This document shows, one piece after another, positions 16,801 through 26,340 of a stretch of 42,890 bases of DNA. Both the position numbers and the translations under genes were made by a program. The DNA lies in IMG/VR virus record IMGVR_UViG_3300002092_000078, positions 1 to 42,890 of that record. The stretch is one strand, 5' to 3'. The stretch comes from a virus (Duplodnaviria > Caudoviricetes). The notes beneath the pieces were generated by a model. The model had not been told where the DNA came from and ran no database searches. It saw only the letters and a list, made by a program, of their open reading frames with translations. Every line of letters begins with the position of its first letter. Within the stretch, counting starts at the first letter, position 1.

Positions 16801-17443
16801 CTTTAGCAGACTTCGCCTCCTGAGCCGCCATTTCCTTTTCCACTTCGGCGGCCATCTTTTCACCCAACTGCATTTGCAGGGCAAGTAACCGCTCATCAGC
16901 TTCTATCTCTGCATTAATAGCATCTATAGTGTCCTTAGCAGCCTTGACGTTGGCTTTGCCAACATCAGCGGCCATCTTTTCGCCCTGCTGCATCTGCTTT
17001 TGCTTCAACTGCTCCGCTGCTTCCTGTTGCCGGGTAGCCGCTGTAAGCTCTGCTATCCATTGCTTACGCTCCTGGGCATATATCCTGTTAACGGCTGCCT
17101 CCATATCAGCGGCCCGGATCTTCGCTGTATAATCCCCGTCCGGTGCCATTGGCTTCAGGGAGAAACCCTTCTGTACCTCAATTATTTTAGCGCCCTTATC
17201 CCTTTCCGCATTACCGGCTTTCAGGCTGTTAAGCAAATTCATCTGTAGATCTACCTGCTTTTGAATTTCTGCGTTCATCTGGGCGAAAGCTTCAGGGGCA
17301 CCAAACATATTGGCACCGCTGAATACATTCTTTTTCACCTGGCCGAGGTAATCCATCCGGGATATAACCTTATTGATATCGGCTAACAGGGTATCAACGC
17401 CCTGTGATTTGAGTTCATAGATCCTTTGCAGTGTATCTGACAT
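13853..17443 (-). CDS. Tail tape measure protein
   Basis: 1196 aa Ala/Gln/Glu/Lys-rich helical protein; QRKVGQY, ISNNIP, C-terminal YAGGT...HPGG.AVVGDG motifs. Confidence 0.9.
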   Translation of the reverse strand: MSDTLQRIYELKSQGVDTLLADINKVISRMDYLGQVKKNVFSGANMFGAPEAFAQMNAEIQKQVDLQMNLLNSLKAGNAERDKGAKIIEVQKGFSLKPMAPDGDYTAKIRAADMEAAVNRIYAQERKQWIAELTAATRQQEAAEQLKQKQMQQGEKMAADVGKANVKAAKDTIDAINAEIEADERLLALQMQLGEKMAAEVEKEMAAQEAKSAKEKEAYEKTQTALARLKAEYKAAADEAQELGAQQYLLQREADELAQIKAPSEQISFAAKNQELAEMAPKLADAQQKALDLSNALHTVEVATGQGQRKVGQYNEAVEGLRDILRDSPAFAMSFSTGLEGISNNIPMFLDGVKKMRTENAALVAEGKEPVSILATLGGAFTNIGTLATLAVTAITMFTMHMGEAKKEATDLKEATDSVTAAIVKEIEAITKYNDAIEVGTKAGEQAVKQELDNARAIGIINEEKYKYEKDLFDKQNAIFDKKKENLLEEKKLYDDLAVVLASSKYGANFDKILNGAAPEGTSTTTIEYLKKQREKAKKDGVSDSQLYDSLMGGNGSIDKQQSKLNADLEKLNDEKINAEAEFQAKYRLMSEAKHKELNKSIVQSDDELRLMQQKQYFESVDTITENVLAKYKIMYDDLARQRDQYIKENPSDGESISKYERLLNNLKLQADQERQNQVNAFLDQQAKTGRGYAVSETQSAAQIANLQAKGGVPAYDAFLAAAESESRAKVVAETKSYDDMYEAYVKNGTDTEELTRQHEARMRQIEREGYAQRLSIANTFFNTLSAETDKISAIFTQNIDTALLNKLSAITSGSGGKEYKDHAREMAEAQSAIDKANVTLRAVDIKLPDAEVAKKRNEADLQSAKTDEERRAAGEALLQTEKEITELLNQQAQAKNAIANATEQMNARAEAEKLRIKETLTNGAVDIAQQAAEAEMQLLAAQDAARDRSAQKQMAWNQKLLSSQVQSKQQQLANEKAFTIQQEQIEKEKAVRAQQRAKQQMMIEYAAAALKIVAANIWKGPEGWAEVAAEETVLTATYGAKLALLSAAPAYAGGTGEEGHPGGMAVVGDGKKKEIIEIGGQFFISPDKATSTWMPKGANVIPYEPVSDMTKLSSFSYPGTMGAQLTAPAYYSNHSGGKQSGWQDDGRFDAIAEGFAVVHNTMITVMAGIQNMNVSLDTNKLSSRLNYNTTKKVQL

Positions 17444-17455
17444 GTTTGCTATTTT

Positions 17456-17758
17456 TTAATGCACACAATCAAATCTTTGACGGTATACCGCCCAAAACGT
17501 GTGAGTGCCTGATGTATCTGTAAATTCCTTTTGTACGCTATCTGTGTATTCTTTCATATTGGCAAGGTGTGCTATGGCTGCTGTATCTCCGCAAAGTATA
17601 GTATCACCATACCAGTAATTTTTATGGCCGCCATGCCAAGGGTATCGATTAATTGTATCGGCTACCTTATGACAGGTATAACAGTTACTCACTGCATCAT
17701 TTTGTTTGCAGGCATTCAGGGCGAGTATAGCAGTCAGAGCTAATAATGTGTATTTCAT
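17456..17758 (-). CDS. Lipoprotein (moron; possible superinfection exclusion)
   Basis: MKYTLLALTAILALNAC lipobox; inserted between tail genes. Confidence 0.75.
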   Translation of the reverse strand: MKYTLLALTAILALNACKQNDAVSNCYTCHKVADTINRYPWHGGHKNYWYGDTILCGDTAAIAHLANMKEYTDSVQKEFTDTSGTHTFWAVYRQRFDCVH

Positions 17759-17807
17759 GATTTTTATTTTAATACAAATATGGCAATTTTCATGCCCATT
17801 ATCAACT

Positions 17808-20462
17808 TTAAGCGTTTACCTGTGGAATATCTACCGTATATAATATTAGCGTGGCGTAACGGATATCATTAACGGGCAATATTTCAGGCCCTGTACTTAC
17901 TGATTCCGTCGACGGATAGCAACTATTTACGTCCGCCTGGGTAACCGGTGTTATTCTCCACATGGTGCACTGGCTGCTATCTTGTACCAATGGCTGATAA
18001 TCATCTATGCCAATCAGCGCATACATGCTCTGCCTGAGAAAAATACACTCCCTATGCTTCCAGTTGGCAATATCTCGCAACGTAAGGTTAACCCACGGCT
18101 TGTACAGCTGGCCGTTACGCATGATGGCCAGTCGCTTCAGGAAGAACCGCTTCATGAGGCCCTGCACTACATTTCCGTTTATTAGCTGATCGCTGTAAGA
18201 CAATACAGGATCATTACGGCCATCATTTCCGCTAACATCAAGCGAGTAGTTGACAGAAAACATGAATGGCAGATTACTTAACTCCGCTACCGACGTGGGG
18301 TCGCCGGGAATAGTCTCAAACTTCCAGCCACCAACATGAGTGCCAGCATCAGACATTATCCCTTTATAGTAGGCTATCTTCGGTTCAAATACCTGAGATA
18401 CAGCACTTGCACTGGTATCGTTGATGTTCTCCGGTATAATAGCTATCAACTGCGTTGGAATACCCGTTATATGCTTCCACTGTTGATAATTACAGTGCAT
18501 GGTAGCGGAAAAGAATCGGTTAACCTTTTGCCTATTACCTTGTAAAAACCGATCTGGGAACATGTATCTTGATGAACCAGGTACACCGGCTACTATGCCA
18601 ACGGCGTTATTCATGTAGCGAGGCGTATTCACACGGCCGCCGATGATACCATTAAGATATACGCCATGATACCTTGCCGCCCATATATTTTGCCCCCCGT
18701 CGGCCCCATCCTGTTTGAAGGTAAAGTCTACTTGCTGTTCATGGTTACTGAATAGCTGCATAACATTATGCTTCATCAGGTCCTGCTTTTGTGACCAGTC
18801 GAATATCTTATCTGTCTTAAAATAGCCAGGCGTTATAGTCGGCTCGTCAGAATTATCGAGCTTTGTTTCAAACATCGGTTCAAAGCAAACTGTTCTATTC
18901 ACATTGTCTGTCTGTACTTCAAGATCGAAGCAATCTACTACACCTCCAATAAAATCGAGTGTTCTATATTTTTTGAATACGTCATACCACTTTAAGTTAA
19001 CAGATCCCCCGAGCTCTACCTGCAGGCCTGTAAGTTCGAGCGAACTGAAGCGAGGTGCCCAGGTTTCGCCGCCGGTATTCATGTAGCTTGCCTGGCAAAG
19101 ACGAAGCGACGCACCACCACTACCCAAACCGGCAACGTTCCATATAAGCTGAAACGTCACTACATCGCCTACAGCTATACCAGATACGGAAAAATTGACA
19201 ACGGTCGGCACACCAAGCGGATTGACTCCGGCGGATGGTATCGGTACATCAACTGTATCGGCTGTAGCTACTTTAACAACCCGTAAAAGCAACCCGCATG
19301 CGGAGCCGCTACCGGCAAACTGCCAATGCAATACATTGAATGCGAAATTTGCGGTTATGTTGTTGGATAGATAAGGTAAACTGGTAGGCGGCGCATAGCT
19401 CCACGACATTACACCAGTGCTTTCATCGAATGAATAGGTATTCAATTCGTCACGGCCGTAAGGTGGAAACTCATTATCCATTCGCCATTTATAGTCGATG
19501 TTATCGGAGCTGTCTACCGGATGATGATTAGATCCCTCACCTGTATAGCTCTTCACTGGATGTTCGCCAACTCCGAATGTACCACCAGTATTGGCTATCA
19601 TGTAGTAAAATGACATATCCGGCTCACCGTAGTGTGTCCACACTGTAGATCCTGTAAATTCCGCATTCGTCACTACCTCATTATCTGAACCAGCGCCCAC
19701 CGGCGGATATATAGCAGGCAGGCGGCCACAAGCCTTAAAGCCGACTATCTTTAATACCTCTGCTTCTATATCATAGAAATCGCCCCACGTCCAGGGCATT
19801 ACCAGCTTTCGGAAATACGGGGTATCAAAGAACTCGCTCTCTATCTTGTAGCCTACTGCCCTGAATGCCCGGTACAATAGCCAATAGATGCTGATAGATG
19901 GCCTGAGATGGTAGATAGTTACCGTATCGTCATTATCTCCGAATGGCTGCCTGTAACGAACAGGCGCATAAACATAGTCGTTTACCTCGTTGGTGCCGTC
20001 ATAGTTCCATGAATCTTCTACGGTATCAATATCGAATGTATGCGTATGAGGGCTAACATTATCCCAGATCGTCATATTCTGCATATCCAGCAGCCAGTCG
20101 CCATTGCCGCCCCAAATATTAGCCGTGTAGTCATCTGGCTTATCTGTGTGGCTTGCTTCTTCCAGTAATGCTTTGCCAGCAATAACGAGATTAGAGCCAT
20201 TGATGTATACTTCCGCCGGCATATTGCTTCTATGCGATTGCCCGGGTGTCAGGTCTTCTATAGCAGGGTTATGAAAAGTATTGAATATCTTATCATTAGT
20301 AAGCGTAGCAGGTAGCGTTATGCCAAAAGCATTGGAAGACTGTTTACGCTCGAAGTTCTCCGGCTCTTCCAGTGAATAGCTAACCTTCAGCGATATCTTA
20401 TCCACATCACCCAATTCAGCAGTTGCGCCATTCAGCAGCAGTTGTATTGACTTATCAGCCAT
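17808..20462 (-). CDS. Large tail tip/hub protein
   Basis: 884 aa; N-terminal SLKVSYSLEE...SSNAFGITLPAT.TNDKIF pattern of Bacteroidota phage tail proteins. Confidence 0.75.
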   Translation of the reverse strand: MADKSIQLLLNGATAELGDVDKISLKVSYSLEEPENFERKQSSNAFGITLPATLTNDKIFNTFHNPAIEDLTPGQSHRSNMPAEVYINGSNLVIAGKALLEEASHTDKPDDYTANIWGGNGDWLLDMQNMTIWDNVSPHTHTFDIDTVEDSWNYDGTNEVNDYVYAPVRYRQPFGDNDDTVTIYHLRPSISIYWLLYRAFRAVGYKIESEFFDTPYFRKLVMPWTWGDFYDIEAEVLKIVGFKACGRLPAIYPPVGAGSDNEVVTNAEFTGSTVWTHYGEPDMSFYYMIANTGGTFGVGEHPVKSYTGEGSNHHPVDSSDNIDYKWRMDNEFPPYGRDELNTYSFDESTGVMSWSYAPPTSLPYLSNNITANFAFNVLHWQFAGSGSACGLLLRVVKVATADTVDVPIPSAGVNPLGVPTVVNFSVSGIAVGDVVTFQLIWNVAGLGSGGASLRLCQASYMNTGGETWAPRFSSLELTGLQVELGGSVNLKWYDVFKKYRTLDFIGGVVDCFDLEVQTDNVNRTVCFEPMFETKLDNSDEPTITPGYFKTDKIFDWSQKQDLMKHNVMQLFSNHEQQVDFTFKQDGADGGQNIWAARYHGVYLNGIIGGRVNTPRYMNNAVGIVAGVPGSSRYMFPDRFLQGNRQKVNRFFSATMHCNYQQWKHITGIPTQLIAIIPENINDTSASAVSQVFEPKIAYYKGIMSDAGTHVGGWKFETIPGDPTSVAELSNLPFMFSVNYSLDVSGNDGRNDPVLSYSDQLINGNVVQGLMKRFFLKRLAIMRNGQLYKPWVNLTLRDIANWKHRECIFLRQSMYALIGIDDYQPLVQDSSQCTMWRITPVTQADVNSCYPSTESVSTGPEILPVNDIRYATLILYTVDIPQVNA

Positions 20463-20463
20463 A

Positions 20464-21900
20464 TCAGTTACGTATGTTAATGTTAGTGATGCTATTGGTG
20501 TACTTTATAGTTACCATGTATTGATAGCGTTCTTCACTCTTCAGTACATCAGCGGTGGCATCTACTATCACCACAGGAACAAGTGCAGGCCTGCTATCGC
20601 TGCTGATAGCCTCTTCAGGGTCTGACATATCCATCATAACAATGGATGATGCTAATAGTTCCTGCACGTACGGCATCATAGTTTCTGAAAATATGGCCAT
20701 TGCCTCGTACGTATGTTGCGATTCTACCGTTTGGCGCTTGTCAAATGATAGCTTCCCCAATGTTGCGCCTGGCGACCCAGCTCCTATGCTTAAAATGTTA
20801 CGCCCTGTCTTACTGGTAGTCTTAAAGCTGGTTTCTGCTCGGTTAAAAGACAGCTGTTCGAACATGCCGAAGTTGTTCTGGAACCATAGGCGGCGGTTCT
20901 GATAACCTTTAGCCAGGCTATGGAACATTGGGCTCACAAAGAAACAGATAGGATCTTCTCCGGTTCTGTATATCACTATCCTGTAATATGGGTTTTCAAC
21001 TGTCTTTTTTAGCCTCGATAGCATCCCGCCCAATATGCGAGCTATATCTACATGCCCGAACGGCAAGTAATAAATGCCCGGTGCTATTGCGCCCGGAAAC
21101 TCATAGATATCGTTAACAGCATAGAATGTACTGCTTTCTGCCCGATAGAATTGTATACCCAATACGCAACCTGATGGCAAGCCTGAAGGAATGTAAACGG
21201 GGAACCAACCACTATCACCGAAGTAAACGTCTACGGCCCTATCTGCTCTATCCGTTGGCCCTGGTAACTCCGTGGTGAATGGATATGCTTTCTTTGTCGG
21301 ATTGTACGGAATGTTCGACATTGGCCACACGCTGAAATACTCATAGTCGCTGCCAATATATCTTACAGGTATCCGTAAGTTATCCAGGTGTGTTTGCAGA
21401 GACGGATTATCCAATGTGCGTAGCGTAGCTTTCAACACATGAAATGTATGGCTGAGTGTTCCGGTGCCTGCTACAGGATCTGAAGTATCTGTACCCTGCA
21501 CTGGAACCGTAGCTTCAGGTGTCAATATGCCATCGTCATCTATAGTGCTACCCCTGAATTTACAGTAACACGCGCATATGTGCACGTTATTGGCATCCAG
21601 CACACCCGCTACCCGCGTAACGGCATCGGGCGGGAAAGCAAACGGATATATAGTCAGGAAGTCTTGTAACGCGTCCTGTATATCAAATTCAAATATTGAG
21701 TAGTTATCAGCTCCTGCGTGAGTGCGTTCGTAGCTGTATGCCGATAGTGTCCGATAGAACACTCCAGACAGATATACATCACAGTAAGCCGGTTGGCCGG
21801 GAGGAACTATGCCAGCGGAGCGCACTAAGAACTTGATCGGCCTGAATGCCGCCATCAGGGCCAGTGATTCCGGTTGCTCCAATATCGCTGTAATTGTCAT
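20464..21900 (-). CDS. Tail protein (distal-tail-like C-terminus)
   Basis: FEFDIQDALQ and LWFQNNFGMFEQLSF...QELLASS.V motifs; tail operon. Confidence 0.7.
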   Translation of the reverse strand: MTITAILEQPESLALMAAFRPIKFLVRSAGIVPPGQPAYCDVYLSGVFYRTLSAYSYERTHAGADNYSIFEFDIQDALQDFLTIYPFAFPPDAVTRVAGVLDANNVHICACYCKFRGSTIDDDGILTPEATVPVQGTDTSDPVAGTGTLSHTFHVLKATLRTLDNPSLQTHLDNLRIPVRYIGSDYEYFSVWPMSNIPYNPTKKAYPFTTELPGPTDRADRAVDVYFGDSGWFPVYIPSGLPSGCVLGIQFYRAESSTFYAVNDIYEFPGAIAPGIYYLPFGHVDIARILGGMLSRLKKTVENPYYRIVIYRTGEDPICFFVSPMFHSLAKGYQNRRLWFQNNFGMFEQLSFNRAETSFKTTSKTGRNILSIGAGSPGATLGKLSFDKRQTVESQHTYEAMAIFSETMMPYVQELLASSIVMMDMSDPEEAISSDSRPALVPVVIVDATADVLKSEERYQYMVTIKYTNSITNINIRN

Positions 21901-21901
21901 A

Positions 21902-22414
21902 TCAGTATACTTTTACTTTCTGTTCCTTTAATGTTTCGTTAATTACTCTATCGAGGCCGTTTAATACCAGGGTATCAACCTCTGCGCCTGCTGACTTTTC
22001 TACTGCAGCAACAAACGCTGTTCTTTTACCTGTACTGCTGAAGCGTTTACTGGCAATAGTGGGCATGCCCTCCATTCGCTGTACGTGTGCCGTGGCAAAG
22101 GCCGCCCTCATTGCCTCTTTTTCCCCCAGTCCGCGTTGCTTCCAGTAGTTGAACAACCCCTGAATGTATTTGCTCGTCCTGCCTGTTTTCTTACTGCCTT
22201 TACCGCCAAACGGTACGCGACCGGGAGTTGTGCCGGCGTTTACGATGCCGCCATAGAAGTTAGCATCTCCTTTCAGTTCATTACCTTTTACGGTGCCGGC
22301 AATAGATCGCTCCCATCCACCGGTAAGTGTATGGCCTTGCTCCTGAAATGCCTTCTTAAAAGCTTTATTCAATAGCGCTGCTGCTGACTGTAGTATGTTG
22401 CTTTGCGTTAGCAT
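21902..22414 (-). CDS. Neck/tail completion protein (HK97 gp10-like)
   Basis: GHTLTGGWERSI...YGGIVNAGT; basic, 170 aa. Confidence 0.6.
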   Translation of the reverse strand: MLTQSNILQSAAALLNKAFKKAFQEQGHTLTGGWERSIAGTVKGNELKGDANFYGGIVNAGTTPGRVPFGGKGSKKTGRTSKYIQGLFNYWKQRGLGEKEAMRAAFATAHVQRMEGMPTIASKRFSSTGKRTAFVAAVEKSAGAEVDTLVLNGLDRVINETLKEQKVKVY

Positions 22415-22964
22415 TTCGAATAGTTTCTAATATGGCGTAGCCGATATTCAAAGGGAGCATTTTAAGTTGTTCCAGTCGCTCGGGCCTGTTGATGGGTGAT
22501 GATTCCTCTTTGAAGAATGCATCAATGATTTCATATACCTTTTCGATACTGCCTTCGTCCAGCTCTGCGAGTATTTCCGCAGCTTCTTGTATGCGGATGA
22601 AGTCGTAATAAGACATAGCGCCACTACCGGCTATAGATCTTATCTGCCACATCTTGCCCATAAACCATACAGGTTCTGCTATGGTGGCCATGGCTGTTAT
22701 GAGGTCTTCATTCCATTGCGTTGTTGCCTTAGCGTATTCAATGACGATTTCGGATAGCTCTAAGCCGTCTATGGGGCCTGCATAGAAACTGTAGGTCTGT
22801 TCAGCGCAATCTACTTCATACACCAGGTACATATCATCACGTAATTGACCGTCTGGCATAAGCTGTATAGCGTTATATCGACGATCCAGCTCCTTGCCGA
22901 ACTTCATATAGAATTCTACCCACTGCTGTAGTGTGATGTCCTTTAATTGTGGTAGCTGCTTCAT
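22365..22964 (-). CDS. Hypothetical tail-assembly-region protein, paralog of 24583-25428
   Basis: LPQLKDITLQQWVEF N-terminus. Confidence 0.6.
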   Translation of the reverse strand: MKQLPQLKDITLQQWVEFYMKFGKELDRRYNAIQLMPDGQLRDDMYLVYEVDCAEQTYSFYAGPIDGLELSEIVIEYAKATTQWNEDLITAMATIAEPVWFMGKMWQIRSIAGSGAMSYYDFIRIQEAAEILAELDEGSIEKVYEIIDAFFKEESSPINRPERLEQLKMLPLNIGYAILETIRNANAKQHTTVSSSAIE

Positions 22965-23224
22965 AATTCTAACAGTTGATATTCCTTTTCAAGTTCTACG
23001 AATATTGGTTCCAGGTCCTTGTACTTCTTCAATATCTCATTCAGGCAGATATTGCATTGCTCATCTATTGGTGATATCGTATCCATGTAATGGCTCCAGT
23101 AGATAAGCAACATCTTCATGTGCACATCACCCACCCGAGCGATAGCCTTGTATATTATGTTGTCTTCCAGTAATTGCCGCCTGTATTTATCTGGCAGCTG
23201 CCTGGCAAAGTCTTTCAGGTTCAT
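22961..23224 (-). CDS. Small CxxC protein
   Basis: QCNICLNEIL; ATGA-coupled on both sides. Confidence 0.7.
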   Translation of the reverse strand: MNLKDFARQLPDKYRRQLLEDNIIYKAIARVGDVHMKMLLIYWSHYMDTISPIDEQCNICLNEILKKYKDLEPIFVELEKEYQLLEL

Positions 23225-24099
23225 ATGTCCTTATGTAATGGATGAGGGTCAGTATTAGGATCTGGTAATACAATGGCATTGATGGTACTGGCATAGTCTC
23301 CATATCCGCAATTGGCAGCAGTACGCATATCGAACTTCAGGCATACGCCACTTACCTTATCATTGCCGAGCTCTGTTACTGTCTGAATTTGCGGCAATTC
23401 TATGCTACTGAAATGAATTGTACTGCTATAACCTATATTTACATCTATTGCATGCTGTAGCGCTCGCATAAATCCGAGTGCGCAACGCTCCATATCGTGC
23501 CATGTCTGCTGAATGGTGTGTTGTGACTGAAGGTTCGGCGCTGGTTTGTTTATAGCGTTTTGCCCGGTAACATGTGCACCAGCAAGAAATAGCATGTAGA
23601 AAGACCTGTTTACATACCCTGAAGGGTCATAGTCCTGCAATCTGCCAGTAGCCACGGCCGGGTATAGGATAGCACACGGGTATTTCTGCTTTTGCGGTAG
23701 TGCATTGACAGGTATAGAAATATCCAGCGCATTAATTTCACCACCCCATTCAGTACCTAAAGCGAACCTGCCTTGTATTATGCTTGACTGATCCAGTACA
23801 GACCGGCAAACAGCCTCTACAAATGGCAAGCCCATGTAATCTGTAGGGCCGTCTATCTGTTCTGGCTCCGGTGCTGGATTGACCGTTAACGTCCATTGTA
23901 CATGGAACGTGTTTTGCAGATAGACGTAGCATTGACCAACTGCAAGACAGGCCAGGTATCCCGTAGGCGTAATGGAGGCCACATTGGTGGCGCTATGTCC
24001 GTCGAGATCAGTGACATAATCAGCCGTTTGCAAGTTAAATTGCTGAACGTCACCGACATTGCCAACCATCGTACCATTAAGAAGATCGCCTGATATCAT
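23221..24099 (-). CDS. Tail terminator-like protein with N-terminal Ig-like segment
   Basis: NVASITPTGYL.CLAVG (Big_2-like); KYPCAIL...NDKVSGVCLKFD terminator-like pattern. Confidence 0.55.
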   Translation of the reverse strand: MISGDLLNGTMVGNVGDVQQFNLQTADYVTDLDGHSATNVASITPTGYLACLAVGQCYVYLQNTFHVQWTLTVNPAPEPEQIDGPTDYMGLPFVEAVCRSVLDQSSIIQGRFALGTEWGGEINALDISIPVNALPQKQKYPCAILYPAVATGRLQDYDPSGYVNRSFYMLFLAGAHVTGQNAINKPAPNLQSQHTIQQTWHDMERCALGFMRALQHAIDVNIGYSSTIHFSSIELPQIQTVTELGNDKVSGVCLKFDMRTAANCGYGDYASTINAIVLPDPNTDPHPLHKDI

Positions 24100-24104
24100 T
24101 GCCT

Positions 24105-24569
24105 TTATGCTTTACCTGTTATCAATGTTCTTGTCTTAGCTATAGGTGTGCCGTGCTGAATGCGGTCCATAGCCTCATATTTACGGCACAAGCTATCTCT
24201 CTTAGGTCCTGATATGCCGTTAAGTACTTTAGTCATCGATTCCAGATCTTCCAGAAACTGTATATAGGAAGGTGAAGTTTGGGTTAGGGGAATATATTCC
24301 ATGCGAGTTGCGCAATCGTGTTCATACCGCGTCCTGTTCTCCATGGCCTGTAGTATGGTTATCATTTCATGGAGCGCATATCTTTCACGCGGATCTTCCG
24401 TTAACAACTCCCGGAAACTCTTGTTAGTGATGCCGAGACTCTTAGGCGTTTCAAATGACAGCGCGAAACGCTTATGCGCCTCGAAGTGTTCAGCTATTGA
24501 CTCAGCAGGGAATGCCGTCTCTTCCAGAAAGGCTTTTATTTCTTCGTTGAATTGTTTTTCTAAGTTCAT
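24105..24569 (-). CDS. Hypothetical protein
   Basis: 154-aa ORF in the late operon. Confidence 0.7.
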   Translation of the reverse strand: MNLEKQFNEEIKAFLEETAFPAESIAEHFEAHKRFALSFETPKSLGITNKSFRELLTEDPRERYALHEMITILQAMENRTRYEHDCATRMEYIPLTQTSPSYIQFLEDLESMTKVLNGISGPKRDSLCRKYEAMDRIQHGTPIAKTRTLITGKA

Positions 24570-24582
24570 TAGTATGGTGTTT

Positions 24583-25428
24583 TTATGTAAATGATTCTTT
24601 CATGTCTCTGTTGTAGGCTACGTTGTAGTCCTTATCTTCTGATGCATATATTAATACCTCGAACAGCTTCGTTTGCCGGGCACAATCAATACTATTCATG
24701 CCGCTGTCTGGTATGTCGAATATCTTCGTCTTAGCTATAGACTTCAGGAAGTTCACCCACCCCCATTGCTCGAAGTGTTGCTTCATATGGTGCCCTGACT
24801 TTTCGCCCGTGGCATGGAATAACGAGAAATTCTCTTCTATAAAGGCGTTCAACTCTTCATAGAACAGCATTACGGTGATGGCCTTATCAAGCGTTAGCTG
24901 ACTCATGTAGGTAAACCGTGCGCTGGTATCATCTGCAAACGACTCGTTATATTTCTCATCAGGCCGTAACAGGTAGATCGCACACACATACTGCAGTAGC
25001 CGCCACTTACTTTGTGACTGCTGGTTAAGTGCCTGGGTGATGATCTTGCTATCTATGAACTGGCCGAAGGTTATATCGGACTGCGGAGATAATACCGGCG
25101 CTGGCAATTTCCATAGTCCTATATCTACCTTTTGCATGGTGTGCACCATCTTACTGAATGGCGTATATAGCTCTGTAGCACCCTCTACTGTCACTCCCTT
25201 ATGCAATACCTCTACAGGCATGCCATTGAAGAATGCCAGGGTGTTATATGCCTGCTCTACGAATATTGATGTTAACCTGACATCCTTCCTTTTGCCTTTC
25301 AGCTCAGTAGCTTCTTTCAACTGGGCATCTATAGCCGTGCTGCCTTCACTATCTGTAAAGTCAATCCACCTACCGAGTGTGATCTCGGAGGTGGATTGAG
25401 GAAGTGATATGTTTTTTAGGTCGTGCAT
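24583..25428 (-). CDS. Putative tail assembly chaperone-like protein
   Basis: Start ATG 25428 (TAATG overlap); LPQSTSEITLGRWIDF, SDITFGQFID, FEQWGWVNFL motifs. Confidence 0.6.
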   Translation of the reverse strand: MHDLKNISLPQSTSEITLGRWIDFTDSEGSTAIDAQLKEATELKGKRKDVRLTSIFVEQAYNTLAFFNGMPVEVLHKGVTVEGATELYTPFSKMVHTMQKVDIGLWKLPAPVLSPQSDITFGQFIDSKIITQALNQQSQSKWRLLQYVCAIYLLRPDEKYNESFADDTSARFTYMSQLTLDKAITVMLFYEELNAFIEENFSLFHATGEKSGHHMKQHFEQWGWVNFLKSIAKTKIFDIPDSGMNSIDCARQTKLFEVLIYASEDKDYNVAYNRDMKESFT

Positions 25429-25634
25429 TATGCAGTTGCTGCTTTTACTGCCCACATCGCTGCTTCTTCGTACCTGGTTTGCGCCAAAGAAGCAAGACGG
25501 CCATCTTTTTCTTTGAGTGATTCACATAGATTAATCAGCTCTGCCGACTTCTGTTTAATCTGGTCTACTACCCCATCATTTGAGGGATTAAATTTTGTGC
25601 GCACTTTCTGTTCTCCGATAGTGAGTTCATTCAT
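25428..25634 (-). CDS. Acb2/Tad1-hairpin-like small protein (putative cyclic-nucleotide sponge)
   Basis: FNPS...VVDQIKQKSAELINL...RLASLAQTRYEEAAMWAVKAAT helical hairpin. Confidence 0.55.
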   Translation of the reverse strand: MNELTIGEQKVRTKFNPSNDGVVDQIKQKSAELINLCESLKEKDGRLASLAQTRYEEAAMWAVKAATA

Positions 25635-25670
25635 ATATTCAAATTCGGTTCACGGCACCGAAACGTTTTA

Positions 25671-26324
25671 TTATTCTGCGCCCTCGCTTCCGGTTGGTGC
25701 GTTGGTATTAGCAGTTTCTACAATGGTAGTTTCTGTAGTCGCATCGGCTGCTGGTGCAGGTGGAGTAGCGCTCATCTGGGCCTTTACCAGTTCATCTGCT
25801 TCCTGAATTGCCTTTTCGGATTCCTGTTCTGCTACTATCTTCTTACGTAGTGCATCAATGAACTTAGTATTTAAGGAAGCATCGGCAAAGTTGGTTATGC
25901 CGGCTCTTTTGGCACACGAACGAATAATCAGATCGCCGCTTGGTAATTTGAGCTGTTTGAGCACGTCTGCATTAGTCAGAGATGGAATAGTATCGTAAAA
26001 CGCGTCGCGCTTCTGTAAGAAGATCTCCTTTTCAGTAGGTCCTACTGTAATGGCATCCACTGTTACAGGCTTTTCACGATTTACAGCTTCGCCAAGGAAG
26101 TTAGTAACAGGCCCGAGGGTAGGAAGTGCGCTCACTGTAGATCCTATAGTAACTACGTTGCCGAGTAGTCCGTTGATGAAATTCACCTGCTGGTTGTACT
26201 TTTCATTAAGATTGGTACGGATAGAGAACAGGGCATCGGCCGCCAGCAACTTGTTAACTGTATCGCTTGCCTCCGATATGATATTCCTTGCCTGTTCAAG
26301 CTCTTTTTGATATTGATGTGCCAT
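25671..26324 (-). CDS. Hypothetical protein, first gene of the tail operon
   Basis: 217 aa, low-complexity Ala/Thr/Glu tail, own promoter. Confidence 0.75.
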   Translation of the reverse strand: MAHQYQKELEQARNIISEASDTVNKLLAADALFSIRTNLNEKYNQQVNFINGLLGNVVTIGSTVSALPTLGPVTNFLGEAVNREKPVTVDAITVGPTEKEIFLQKRDAFYDTIPSLTNADVLKQLKLPSGDLIIRSCAKRAGITNFADASLNTKFIDALRKKIVAEQESEKAIQEADELVKAQMSATPPAPAADATTETTIVETANTNAPTGSEGAE

Positions 26325-26340
26325 AAATGGTTGTTTGATA

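Noticed and set aside
15546-17248. Several plus-strand ORFs in the tape measure gene
   Set aside because: Ser/Phe/Leu-rich mirror of Lys/Glu/Ala codons; shadows.
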